From: Eubacteriales bacterium
Lineage (GTDB): Bacteria > Bacillota > Clostridia > Oscillospirales > JAAYXM01
NCBI GenBank assembly: GCA_045586595.1
Contig: JAZNAQ010000022.1
Coordinates: forward strand, 1,605-65,604
Direction: 5' to 3'
DNA: 64,000 nucleotides
A program made the position numbers and the translations under genes. The notes beneath the pieces are model-generated. The model searched no databases and had not been told where the DNA came from. It saw only the letters and a list, made by a program, of their open reading frames with translations. Positions 9,981 to 18,315 of the stretch are shown piece after piece; position 1 is the stretch's first letter, and each line of letters opens with the position of its first letter.

Positions 9981-10062
9981 GATCCCCTCCGTCTCCACCA
10001 AACAGATAACGTACCATCCGCAAGGTTGGTGCGTTTTTTGTTTGGTGTCCGTGACGGTGAGG
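9981..10062 (+). repeat. Direct repeat copy B (orphan tRNA-Ala 3' fragment G57-CCA, plus terminator copy)
   Basis: See copy A. There is no tRNA 5' half upstream of it. Confidence 0.95.
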
Positions 10063-10145
10063 AATCTAATATAACTTCTATTGCAAAAAGAGACAATATA
10101 ATGTATACTTAATTAAAAGAAAACACGCAAAACGGAGGAAATCAA

Positions 10146-11369
10146 ATGAAAAAAGTTTTGGGTTTATACACAAAGTCGCCCCTTATTCTTCGCATTGCAA
10201 TCGGCCTTGTAATAGGCATTTGTCTTGGGCTTTGGGTGCCGCAGGCATCATTTGTCACCATTCTCGGTGATGTCTTCGTAGGCGCACTGAAAGCAATCGC
10301 TCCCATCCTCGTATTCGTTCTCGTAATTGCGTCCCTTGCAAGTGCGGGCACCGGCATTGGCAAGCGTTTTGGCACGGTTATCTTTTTCTATATGCTCACA
10401 ACATTTCTTGCAGCAGTTCTTGCCGTTGTTGCAAGCTATGCTTTCCCTGTTTCAATCCCGCTTACCGAGGCTGTCTCTCAGAGTGCCCCGACAGGGCTTG
10501 GTGAGGTGTTCAGAACGCTTCTCGGCAACATGGTTATGAATCCTGTTTCTGCGATAACCTCCGGTAACTACATCGGTATTCTCACATGGTCTGTAATTCT
10601 CGGCCTTGCGCTCCGACGCGGTGCGAGCGACAAGACAAAAGAGGTTCTCTCAGACATTTCCGGTGCAGTTTCAACAGCCGTTGCCTGGGTTATACAGTTT
10701 GCGCCGTTTGGCATTATGGGGCTTGTCTTTTCCTCCGTCAACGAATACGGTCTTGAAATATTTACCGATTACGGAAAGCTTTTGCTTTTGCTTGTCGGTT
10801 GTATGCTGACAATGGCTCTTGTTATAAGCCCGACAGTCGTCGGCATTGCGCTTCGCAAAAACCCTTATCCTCTCGTTTTCCGCTGTCTTAAAGAGTCAGG
10901 GGTAACAGCGTTCTTTACAAGAAGCTCTGCTGCAAACATCCCGGTCAACATGAGCCTATGCGAAAAGCTCGGTTTAGACCGTGAATATTACTCCGTGTCA
11001 ATCCCGCTCGGCGCAACGATAAATATGGACGGAGCGGCAATAACAATAACTATAATGTCGCTTGCGGCGGCGTTCTCTCAAGGTATTGAGGTTAATATTG
11101 TCGTAGCAATACTTCTAAGCTTTATCGCAACTCTCGGCGCGTGCGGAGCATCAGGTGTTGCGGGTGGCTCACTTCTCCTCATCCCTATGGCGTGCTCGCT
11201 TCTCGGTGTCAGCGCGGATGTCGCTATGCAGGTTGTAGGCGTCGGCTTTATAATCGGCGTAGTTCAGGACTCTTTGGAAACTGCTCTCAATTCTTCGGGA
11301 GATGTTCTCTTCTGCGCTGCAGCAGAATACCTTGAATGGAAAAAGCAAGGCAAAGAAATCAATTTTTAA
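10146..11369 (+). CDS. sstT: Serine/threonine:Na+ symporter SstT (DAACS family)
   Basis: 407 aa, polytopic. Long collinear matches to recalled E. coli SstT (FVGALKAIAPILVFVLV, FFTRSSAANIPVNM, YSVSIPLGATINM, CGASGVAGGSLLLIP). Confidence 0.88.
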   Translation: MKKVLGLYTKSPLILRIAIGLVIGICLGLWVPQASFVTILGDVFVGALKAIAPILVFVLVIASLASAGTGIGKRFGTVIFFYMLTTFLAAVLAVVASYAFPVSIPLTEAVSQSAPTGLGEVFRTLLGNMVMNPVSAITSGNYIGILTWSVILGLALRRGASDKTKEVLSDISGAVSTAVAWVIQFAPFGIMGLVFSSVNEYGLEIFTDYGKLLLLLVGCMLTMALVISPTVVGIALRKNPYPLVFRCLKESGVTAFFTRSSAANIPVNMSLCEKLGLDREYYSVSIPLGATINMDGAAITITIMSLAAAFSQGIEVNIVVAILLSFIATLGACGASGVAGGSLLLIPMACSLLGVSADVAMQVVGVGFIIGVVQDSLETALNSSGDVLFCAAAEYLEWKKQGKEINF

Positions 11370-11377
11370 ACACAAGC

Positions 11378-11416
11378 AAAAAATGCTCTGACATATAAAT
11401 GTCAGAGCATTTTTTA
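11378..11416. terminator. Bidirectional terminator between sstT and pyk
   Basis: Perfect hairpin AATGCTCTGACAT-ATAA-ATGTCAGAGCATT flanked by an A-run and a T-run. Confidence 0.8.
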
Positions 11417-11421
11417 TACCC

Positions 11422-12834
11422 TTAAATAACCTCAACCTTAATTGTGTTGGTGTTTCCGGATTTGCCGTTTATAATTCCTCCGGTGAGGACTATTGCATCG
11501 CCCTCTTGAAGCGGCAGATTTTCCTTCGCGGCGCGTCTTGCATGGTAGAACAAAACGTCGGACGAATTAAACTGTTCGCTGAGTACCGGGAGAACACCCC
11601 ACGAAAGCGCAAGCCTATACCAGACCGACTTATTAGTCGCCATACCGATAATATCTGTAGGCGCACGGAAACGCGATACCATTCGTACGGTCATGCCCGA
11701 CATTGAGCTTACAACAATCGCCTTAGCACCGATATCAATAGCCATGCCGCAGGTTGCATGAGAAATTGCGTCGACCTGATTTTTTATTTTAAAATCTCTG
11801 TTCTTGAAGCGTTTTCCGTAGTTGATGTTTTTCTCTGTCTCCTCGACAATCTCAGCCATTGCCTTGACCGTTGCAACCGGATATTTGCCCGCAGCAGTCT
11901 CACCCGAAAGCATTACTGCACTAGTGCCATCATATACGGCATTTGCAACGTCAGAAATCTCAGCACGGGTCGGGCGCGGGTTGTAAATCATCGACTCGAG
12001 CATCTCGGTCGCCGTAATTACACGTTTGCCGAGCAATCGGCATTTTGTAATCAGGTGCTTCTGAATCGCAGGAAGCTCTGCAAACGGAACTTCAACACCG
12101 AGGTCGCCTCGAGCAACCATTATTCCCTCACAAACCTCGCATATTTCTTCGATATTATCAACGCCTGAGCGATTTTCAATCTTTGAGATAACCTCTATTC
12201 CCTCGCCGCCATTTTCTTTAAGGAAATTTTTAAGGTCGAGTATGTCCTGCTTTGATGAAACAAACGAAGCTGCAATAAAGTCTACATCGTTTTTGATGCC
12301 GAAAAGCAAATCTTCCTTATCCTGCTCGCTGAGATATACTGTACTTAGAACCTTGTTCGGGAAGCTCATGCTCTTACGGTTTGAAAGCTCACCGCCTGCA
12401 ATAACATCACAGATAACATCATTACCTTTTATCTCGCAAACCTCAAATATTACAAGCCCGTTGTTTACAAGCACACGGTCGCCGACAGAAAGGTCGTCTG
12501 CAAGGCCCTTGTAGTTTACTGATACCTTTGTTTCGTCTCCTTCAACCTCTTCAGTGGTAAAAATAAACTTCGTACCTGTATCAACATCAACCTTGCCATC
12601 CTTAAAGGTTTTTATTCTGTATTCCGGCCCCTTTGTATCGAGCATAATTGCAATCGGCATATTAAGCTTTTCGCGGACTCTCTTTATCATATCTATCTTT
12701 TCCTGGTGCTCAGAGTGAGTACCATGTGAAAAGTTAAGTCTTGCAACATTAAGCCCTGCGCGGCACATAGCCTCAAAGGTAGCGTCACTTGAGCTGGAAG
12801 GGCCTATTGTTCCGACAATTTTTGTCTTTCTCAT
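11422..12834 (-). CDS. pyk: Pyruvate kinase
   Basis: 470 aa. MRKTKIVGTIGPSS..., NFSHG and MVARGDLGVE are canonical PK motifs. Confidence 0.93.
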   Translation of the reverse strand: MRKTKIVGTIGPSSSSDATFEAMCRAGLNVARLNFSHGTHSEHQEKIDMIKRVREKLNMPIAIMLDTKGPEYRIKTFKDGKVDVDTGTKFIFTTEEVEGDETKVSVNYKGLADDLSVGDRVLVNNGLVIFEVCEIKGNDVICDVIAGGELSNRKSMSFPNKVLSTVYLSEQDKEDLLFGIKNDVDFIAASFVSSKQDILDLKNFLKENGGEGIEVISKIENRSGVDNIEEICEVCEGIMVARGDLGVEVPFAELPAIQKHLITKCRLLGKRVITATEMLESMIYNPRPTRAEISDVANAVYDGTSAVMLSGETAAGKYPVATVKAMAEIVEETEKNINYGKRFKNRDFKIKNQVDAISHATCGMAIDIGAKAIVVSSMSGMTVRMVSRFRAPTDIIGMATNKSVWYRLALSWGVLPVLSEQFNSSDVLFYHARRAAKENLPLQEGDAIVLTGGIINGKSGNTNTIKVEVI

Positions 12835-12934
12835 ATGTAATGCATCTCCTTGACAATCTGAAAAAATTTTCCTAATTTACAGTATATCACAAACATACGA
12901 AAAGTTAAATAGTTAAAAACACTATTTTTTATGC

Positions 12935-12964
12935 AAAAAAGAACTTCCTCACGGAAGTTCTTTT
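12935..12964. terminator. Terminator downstream of the DUF975 gene
   Basis: GAACTTCC-TCAC-GGAAGTTC hairpin flanked by A6 and T4. Confidence 0.65.
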
Positions 12965-12984
12965 AAAAACAAGTTTTAAGCACT

Positions 12985-13575
12985 TTATGCTTTCGGCTTT
13001 ATGCTGTTATAGAAGTTAGCGTATGTAGCCTGCATATACGGCATAATCCAAATATATGCAACACCAAGCGTTATCAAGCCAACAATCCCCCATCCGATAA
13101 AGGAAAGCTCGAGAATAAACAAATCCATCTTATGACCTTCCATCATCTCTTTAGAACGGTTGATAGCCTCTCTGGCAGACATCCCTTTATTCTCGGCAAG
13201 TATGTAATATGCCTGTGAATAGGAAAGTGCTTTTATTATACCCGGAACTATTAGCAGAAGCATCCAAAGAGATAAAAGCACATACATCAACAAAAATGTT
13301 TTTATGGCGCTCCACAAATCGTCATAACCGACAAACGCATCAACAATCTGCGGTTTTTTATCCTCGTTTACTACGGCAAGATAAATCCGTGCAAGGCTCA
13401 GTGAAAACGGTATTACTGCAACTGTGGCTATAAGTGCACCCACATACGGAACTCTCCCAAGTATAAGCGAAGCTGCCCAAGTTATAACATAAATAATGAG
13501 CATAACTGCGAGCAGGTTCCAAATCTTACCCTTAATCTGTTCCTTTGCCAATGACTTGAGCTGTATTCTGTCCAT
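12985..13575 (-). CDS. DUF975-family integral membrane protein
   Basis: 196 aa with 4-5 TM segments. The MDRIQLKSLAKEQIKGKIW N-terminus is typical of DUF975 (from memory). Confidence 0.6.
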   Translation of the reverse strand: MDRIQLKSLAKEQIKGKIWNLLAVMLIIYVITWAASLILGRVPYVGALIATVAVIPFSLSLARIYLAVVNEDKKPQIVDAFVGYDDLWSAIKTFLLMYVLLSLWMLLLIVPGIIKALSYSQAYYILAENKGMSAREAINRSKEMMEGHKMDLFILELSFIGWGIVGLITLGVAYIWIMPYMQATYANFYNSIKPKA

Positions 13576-13648
13576 AAAGCAACCTCCTTAATATTTGGTG
13601 TAATTTTATTATATCAAAATGTTAAGAAATTGTAAATAATGCTTTTCT

Positions 13649-14353
13649 CTATTTGCCCTTTATTATTTTGTTGTACGCAGTCTTTGCGGCAGAGATGTCC
13701 ATATTGCACGCCAACCTCCAGAACTTAGCGGTTCTCGCAGTTATATCAAGCGCATCAAGCACATTTATAACGCCACTGCCCTGCGGGAGGTGAAGGCTCG
13801 GCAAAAGGTTCTGCACAACCTCGCCTTTTTCAACCTCACAGACGGAGTTTTCTTTTGCGCGCTCCAAAAAGCAGATGTCTGTAAGGCGCACTCGCGCGTT
13901 TTTATTTATCTCTTCCTTTCCGCACCACGGTGTACCGTAGGCGTATGCAATACTGTCAAGTATGCGGATAAGGGGCTTATCGCCGTTTATTATCTCGCAC
14001 CGATCCCCGAGAAGCTTAAGCCAGAGTGCCGCGTGGGTTGTTTTTCCCGTACCGCTCTCAGCGCACAGCAAAATACCGTGGTCCTCTGCCGACATCAGCA
14101 CGCCGTGCATCAGAAAGCCATGAAACTCAGAGAGTTTTTCTGCAATCTTGCGATATATGGCAAGCGTTTCAAGATATTCAGGCGGAAATCCCCCCTGCCC
14201 GTCTCTGCCCTGCTCGCGCATAATCTCCTCGTCTGTTGCGCTGACAGAAAAGTTTGCGACTTCATCTGTTATATAGTCGCGACACATATGCCTTATATAT
14301 TCATATTTATTCTCTATACATATTGATATGTCGGCAATTTTTATATTAAACAT
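13649..14353 (-). CDS. HPr-kinase C-terminal-like P-loop protein, function unknown
   Basis: 234 aa. AESGTGKTTHAALWLKLLGDRCEIINGDKPLI resembles the HprK/P P-loop segment (G-D/E-S-G-x-G-K-S/T...DD). It starts 5 nt after the larC stop. Confidence 0.45.
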   Translation of the reverse strand: MFNIKIADISICIENKYEYIRHMCRDYITDEVANFSVSATDEEIMREQGRDGQGGFPPEYLETLAIYRKIAEKLSEFHGFLMHGVLMSAEDHGILLCAESGTGKTTHAALWLKLLGDRCEIINGDKPLIRILDSIAYAYGTPWCGKEEINKNARVRLTDICFLERAKENSVCEVEKGEVVQNLLPSLHLPQGSGVINVLDALDITARTAKFWRLACNMDISAAKTAYNKIIKGK

Positions 14354-14358
14354 GTCTG

Positions 14359-15519
14359 CTATTCCTCCTCGGAAAGCTTTTTTCGCACGTCCGAAATGCT
14401 CATATCGTTTTCATAGGCAATCCTTGAAAGGTCTGAAAACTCATATTTCTCGCGAGTCACACCAAACCCGCGAGATACCTTTTTTCTCACTGTACCAAGG
14501 CTTGTTTTTACTTCTTCAATGTTGCGTGCTAGCGTGCGGCGCGTACATTTTATTTCGCGCACACCCAGCGTTGTTGTATGTTGGAACATAAGCCGTGACA
14601 TTTTTTCTGAGTCACAAGCCCTGCACAGTACACATAGCATGACCCCCGTGCGGGATTTTTTCATTCCTATGTTCTCTGTCCATACATCAAGCGCGCTCTC
14701 ATCTCGCAGAACTTCAGCCGCATATGAAAGCTCTTCACCTGTCATGTCGTCTATATTTGCACGAAGCTCAACCGTGTCGTTGTTCTCGTTTGTTTCTCCA
14801 AGAAGGGCGCGTACACAATTTACGGCATCAAACTCGCGTTTGCCCATGCCATAGCCTATATGAGTCACCGAGAGCGGCGGGAGATTTCCAAACTCCGATA
14901 CAAAGTATTTAAGCAGAGCGACTCCCGTAGGAGTACACAGCTCTCCACGGATTTCCCCGCCGTAAATAGGCACACCTTTAAGGATCTCTGCCGTTGCAGG
15001 TGCGGGTACAGGCAGTATTCCATGCGCGCACTTCACCTGGCCGGACCCAACATGCACGGGCGATGCAACAACCTTATCGGGTGATAGTTTTTTCATAGCA
15101 AGGCTCACCGCCGCAATATCGGCAACGGCATCAAGCATGCCCACCTCATGGAAATGCACCTCGCGGACGTCCACTCCGTGAACACAGCTCTCTGCCGCGG
15201 CGATTATATCATATATTTCTAGGATGTTTTTCTTTATATCCTCTGTTGTATTAAGTGAGGCAACTATACTCTCAATATCATGCATACAATGGCCGTGGTG
15301 GCTGTGCTTATCTTCCATCGCACCATTGACTTTTACAGAGAGTGATTTGCCAATAATCCCTCCGCGCGAAAGCGGCAAAAGCTCTGCCGAAACACCTGGT
15401 ATATTCATTTGGTTCAGCTCTTTTATGAAGCTGTCTTTATCATCAAGCAAGTCAGCAAGAGATGCAGCAAGCATATCACCCGCCGCGCCCATAGCGCAAT
15501 CGAGATATAATATACTCAT
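14359..15519 (-). CDS. larC: Nickel-pincer cofactor biosynthesis protein LarC (nickel insertion)
   Basis: 386 aa. The N-terminus MSILYLDCAMGAAGDMLAASL is typical of LarC/DUF111, and there is a His-rich KHSHHGH segment. Confidence 0.85.
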   Translation of the reverse strand: MSILYLDCAMGAAGDMLAASLADLLDDKDSFIKELNQMNIPGVSAELLPLSRGGIIGKSLSVKVNGAMEDKHSHHGHCMHDIESIVASLNTTEDIKKNILEIYDIIAAAESCVHGVDVREVHFHEVGMLDAVADIAAVSLAMKKLSPDKVVASPVHVGSGQVKCAHGILPVPAPATAEILKGVPIYGGEIRGELCTPTGVALLKYFVSEFGNLPPLSVTHIGYGMGKREFDAVNCVRALLGETNENNDTVELRANIDDMTGEELSYAAEVLRDESALDVWTENIGMKKSRTGVMLCVLCRACDSEKMSRLMFQHTTTLGVREIKCTRRTLARNIEEVKTSLGTVRKKVSRGFGVTREKYEFSDLSRIAYENDMSISDVRKKLSEEE

Positions 15520-16262
15520 TTTCGCACCTCCATATGGTTTATCATACTTGCAAGATACCCCGCACCAAAGCCGTTATCTATATTGACAACCGAAACACCG
15601 CTCGCACAGGAATTCAGCATTGAAAGAAGCGCCGTCATCCCCTCAAATGCCGCGCCGTAACCGACGCTTGTGGGAACAGCGACTACAGGGCAATCGCAAA
15701 GCCCTCCAACCACGCTGGCAAGTGCGCCCTCCATCCCTGCAACAGCAACAATTACGCTCGCGCTCATTATAACATCAAGGTGGTAGAGCAATCTATGAAG
15801 CCCTGCAACCCCGACATCGTATACACGCTCAACCTCGTTGCCGAGAAATTCTGCCGTGAGCGCCGCCTCCTCAGCAACGGGAATATCGCTCGTGCCACCG
15901 CTCAGTATAACTATTTTACCTATTCCGTCAGGCATTTTTTTCTCTCCGCATATACCAAGCCGTGCCGTTTTATAATATGTTATATCCGAAATCTCGTTTG
16001 CCTTCTCAGGAGAAAGGCGCGTTATCAGAACGTTCTTCTCGCCTGACTCATTTAAAGCCTGTACAATTCTATTTATCTGCTCGGCAGTCTTCCCTTCTCC
16101 GTAGATAATCTCACACGCGCCGTTGCGAAGGTGGCGGTGGGTATCTACTTTTGCGAAATCTATATCGGTAAACGGCTCTGATTTGAGCTTAAGCTCTGCA
16201 TCCTTTACGCTCATCTCGCCGTTTTTGACTGCCGACAATATATCAGTCAGAAAGCTTTTCAT
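15516..16262 (-). CDS. larB: Nickel-pincer cofactor biosynthesis protein LarB (NaAD carboxylase/hydrolase)
   Basis: 248 aa with a PurE-like C-terminal half (GGTSDIPVAEEAALTAEFLG...VAGMEGAL). Confidence 0.85.
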   Translation of the reverse strand: MKSFLTDILSAVKNGEMSVKDAELKLKSEPFTDIDFAKVDTHRHLRNGACEIIYGEGKTAEQINRIVQALNESGEKNVLITRLSPEKANEISDITYYKTARLGICGEKKMPDGIGKIVILSGGTSDIPVAEEAALTAEFLGNEVERVYDVGVAGLHRLLYHLDVIMSASVIVAVAGMEGALASVVGGLCDCPVVAVPTSVGYGAAFEGMTALLSMLNSCASGVSVVNIDNGFGAGYLASMINHMEVRK

Positions 16263-17004
16263 CCCGTGCCTCCATATCCAACAACACGAAGCTGTAATAT
16301 TTTTTAAGTTCAGACAGTATTTGTGTTCTGTGCTTTATAAGCCTTTCTACATCGTACGAGCATATTTCAATTCTTGCAGTCTCACCCGAAATTCTTACAC
16401 GAAAATCCGAAAAGCCTAAGCCTCCCAAAAATGCTTCTGCACATTCAACCGCGTTTAGCTTTTCGCAGGTTATCGCCTCTCCTTTGCACACACGCGTTGC
16501 AAGGCATGCGTATGCAGGCTTGTCCCATGTGAACAACCCCTCTTTGCGTGAAAGGTCTCGCACCTCGTCCTTGGTTATTCCGCAAAGCTTTAAGGGCGAC
16601 AGAACCGAAAGCTCGCATAGCGCACGGTATCCAGGGCGGTCAGCCACATCATCCGATGCATTTGTACCGTCACATATTATGTCATAACCATCACTCATTG
16701 CAGTGGCTAAGATTATCTGCATAATACCTCTTTTGCAATAATAGCAGCGCTCTTCGCCGTTTTCTCGTACATTTTCATCGTCGAGTGCAGAAAAATCAAT
16801 GACACACAGATCAACACCCGCATCATTTGCCGCGCGCCTTGCATCTAAAAGCTCAGACTCGGGTTGGAACTCTGTTTTTGCAAAATAAGCGCGAACATCT
16901 GCACCGTACTTTTTGGCCATATGCAGAAGAAGCACCGAATCTGCCCCACCGGAAAGCGCAACCGCTACCTTCTTATGTATTTTAAAAAACTGCTCAAGCG
17001 TCAT
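16243..17004 (-). CDS. larE: ATP-dependent sulfur transferase LarE (PP-loop)
   Basis: 253 aa with PP-loop ALSGGADS. First gene of the overlapping larE-larB-larC set. Confidence 0.8.
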   Translation of the reverse strand: MTLEQFFKIHKKVAVALSGGADSVLLLHMAKKYGADVRAYFAKTEFQPESELLDARRAANDAGVDLCVIDFSALDDENVRENGEERCYYCKRGIMQIILATAMSDGYDIICDGTNASDDVADRPGYRALCELSVLSPLKLCGITKDEVRDLSRKEGLFTWDKPAYACLATRVCKGEAITCEKLNAVECAEAFLGGLGFSDFRVRISGETARIEICSYDVERLIKHRTQILSELKKYYSFVLLDMEARDEKLSD

Positions 17005-17171
17005 TGCTGCACCTACCGAATTCTAATATACTTATTCAATTATATATTATAATATTTTACAATATTTTTTGTCAAGATTAGCGCTTTGAGATATTGACTT
17101 TTCAGAGAAGATATGTTTTAATATTTCATCATATTTTTTTGCTATCCACTTTTGAAAGGGTGATATATAAA

Positions 17172-18152
17172 ATGAAAATAAGAGTAGCCATCGCAGGATA
17201 CGGCAACCTCGGCCGCGGCGTTGAGAGTGCGGTTTCTACCGCGCCCGACATGGAGCTTTGCGCTCTGTTTACAAGGCGTGACCCCGCCTCGGTTAACCCC
17301 GCATCGGGTGTTTCTGTATACTCAATGGACAAAGCCTTAGAGATGAAAGGCGACATCGACGTTCTCATACTCTGCGGAGGAAGCGCAAACGACCTGCCTG
17401 AGCAAACTCCCGAGCTAGCAAAGCACTTTAACGTAATAGACAGCTTTGACACTCACGCAAAAATCCCCGAGCATTTTGAAAAGGTAAACCGTGAAAGTAT
17501 CAATGCCGGTAAAGTAAGCATTATCTCCGTAGGCTGGGACCCGGGTATGTTCTCCTTAAACCGTCTTTACGGCCAGGCCATTCTGCCCGAGGGCAACGAC
17601 TACACCTTCTGGGGCAAAGGCGTAAGCCAGGGACACTCTGATGCTATCAGAAGAATTGACGGTGTTATCGATGCAAGACAGTACACCGTACCTGTCAACG
17701 CAGCACTTGAGAGTGTAAGAGCCGGCGAAAACCCGTCTCTTTCAACACGCGAGAAGCACACACGCGAATGCTTCGTTGTAGCAGAGGAAGGTGCAGACCT
17801 CAAAAGAATTGAGAGCGAAATTGTAAATATGCCCAACTACTTTGCAGATTACGACACAACGGTTCATTTTATAAGCCAAGAGGAGCTTAACCGTGACCAT
17901 GCAGGAATCCCCCACGGTGGCAGAGTTTTCCGCACAGGTACAACAAACGGCGGCAAAAACAAACACGTTATCGAATACAGCCTAAAGCTCGACAGCAACC
18001 CCGAGTTTACCGCAAGCGTTCTCACAGCATACGCAAGAGCAGCATACCGCCTTAATTCAGAAGGGGTATCAGGCGCAAAAACCGTATTTGACATTCCCCC
18101 TGCATATCTCCATCAGGCAACCGGCGAAGAGCTTCGCCGAAACCTTCTCTAA
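17172..18152 (+). CDS. ddh: meso-Diaminopimelate D-dehydrogenase
   Basis: MKIRVAIAGYGNLGRGVE... (Rossmann). About 326 aa from the ATG at 17172, which has an AAAGGGTG RBS. The track ORF's 26-codon extension is hydrophobic junk. Confidence 0.8.
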   Translation: MKIRVAIAGYGNLGRGVESAVSTAPDMELCALFTRRDPASVNPASGVSVYSMDKALEMKGDIDVLILCGGSANDLPEQTPELAKHFNVIDSFDTHAKIPEHFEKVNRESINAGKVSIISVGWDPGMFSLNRLYGQAILPEGNDYTFWGKGVSQGHSDAIRRIDGVIDARQYTVPVNAALESVRAGENPSLSTREKHTRECFVVAEEGADLKRIESEIVNMPNYFADYDTTVHFISQEELNRDHAGIPHGGRVFRTGTTNGGKNKHVIEYSLKLDSNPEFTASVLTAYARAAYRLNSEGVSGAKTVFDIPPAYLHQATGEELRRNLL

Positions 18153-18164
18153 ACCACGACATCT

Positions 18165-18200
18165 CCGGCTCTCCGACAGCTTCGGCGAGCCGGTTTTTTT
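18165..18200 (+). terminator. Intrinsic terminator after ddh
   Basis: CCGGCTC...GAGCCGG hairpin plus T7. Confidence 0.8.
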
Positions 18201-18206
18201 ATGCCA

Positions 18207-18282
18207 AAACACATTAAACGATATTGACAAAAAATACGATATATGCTAATATTATTCTTACTCACATACAAGATATTGTTTT
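18207..18282 (+). promoter_or_regulatory. nrdDG promoter with two copies of a 16-17 nt operator-like motif (possible NrdR boxes)
   Basis: TTGACA (18224-18229), 17 nt spacer, TAATAT (18247-18252). The motif appears as CACATTAAACGATATTG (18210-18226, overlapping the -35) and CACATACAAGATATTG (18263-18278, just downstream of the -10). Confidence 0.35.
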
Positions 18283-18315
18283 ACATATATAATACTAGAA
18301 AAAGGGAGAAAAGAC

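Noticed and set aside
9830-10062. Interpretation of the tRNA-flanking repeats as att sites of a resident prophage or genomic island
   Set aside because: The material between the repeats is only 69 nt (about 113 nt at the second locus), with no integrase or other ORF. I kept it as an unexplained element rather than calling a mobile element.
9690-10112. Four overlapping ORFs (both strands) across the tRNA-Ala repeats, plus 32456-32800 at the CAU tRNA; minus-strand peptides share PRTKKPATGSLFT / PRTKKRATGTLFT
   Set aside because: They run through a tRNA gene and terminator hairpins. The shared peptide merely reflects the conserved nucleotide core, and the compensatory stem changes favour RNA or DNA structure over coding.
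17094-17171. 26-codon extension of ddh; similarly 25610-25726 for the membrane protein
   Set aside because: Both extensions cover AT-rich promoter-like sequence. Canonical N-termini with RBSs occur at 17172 and 25727.
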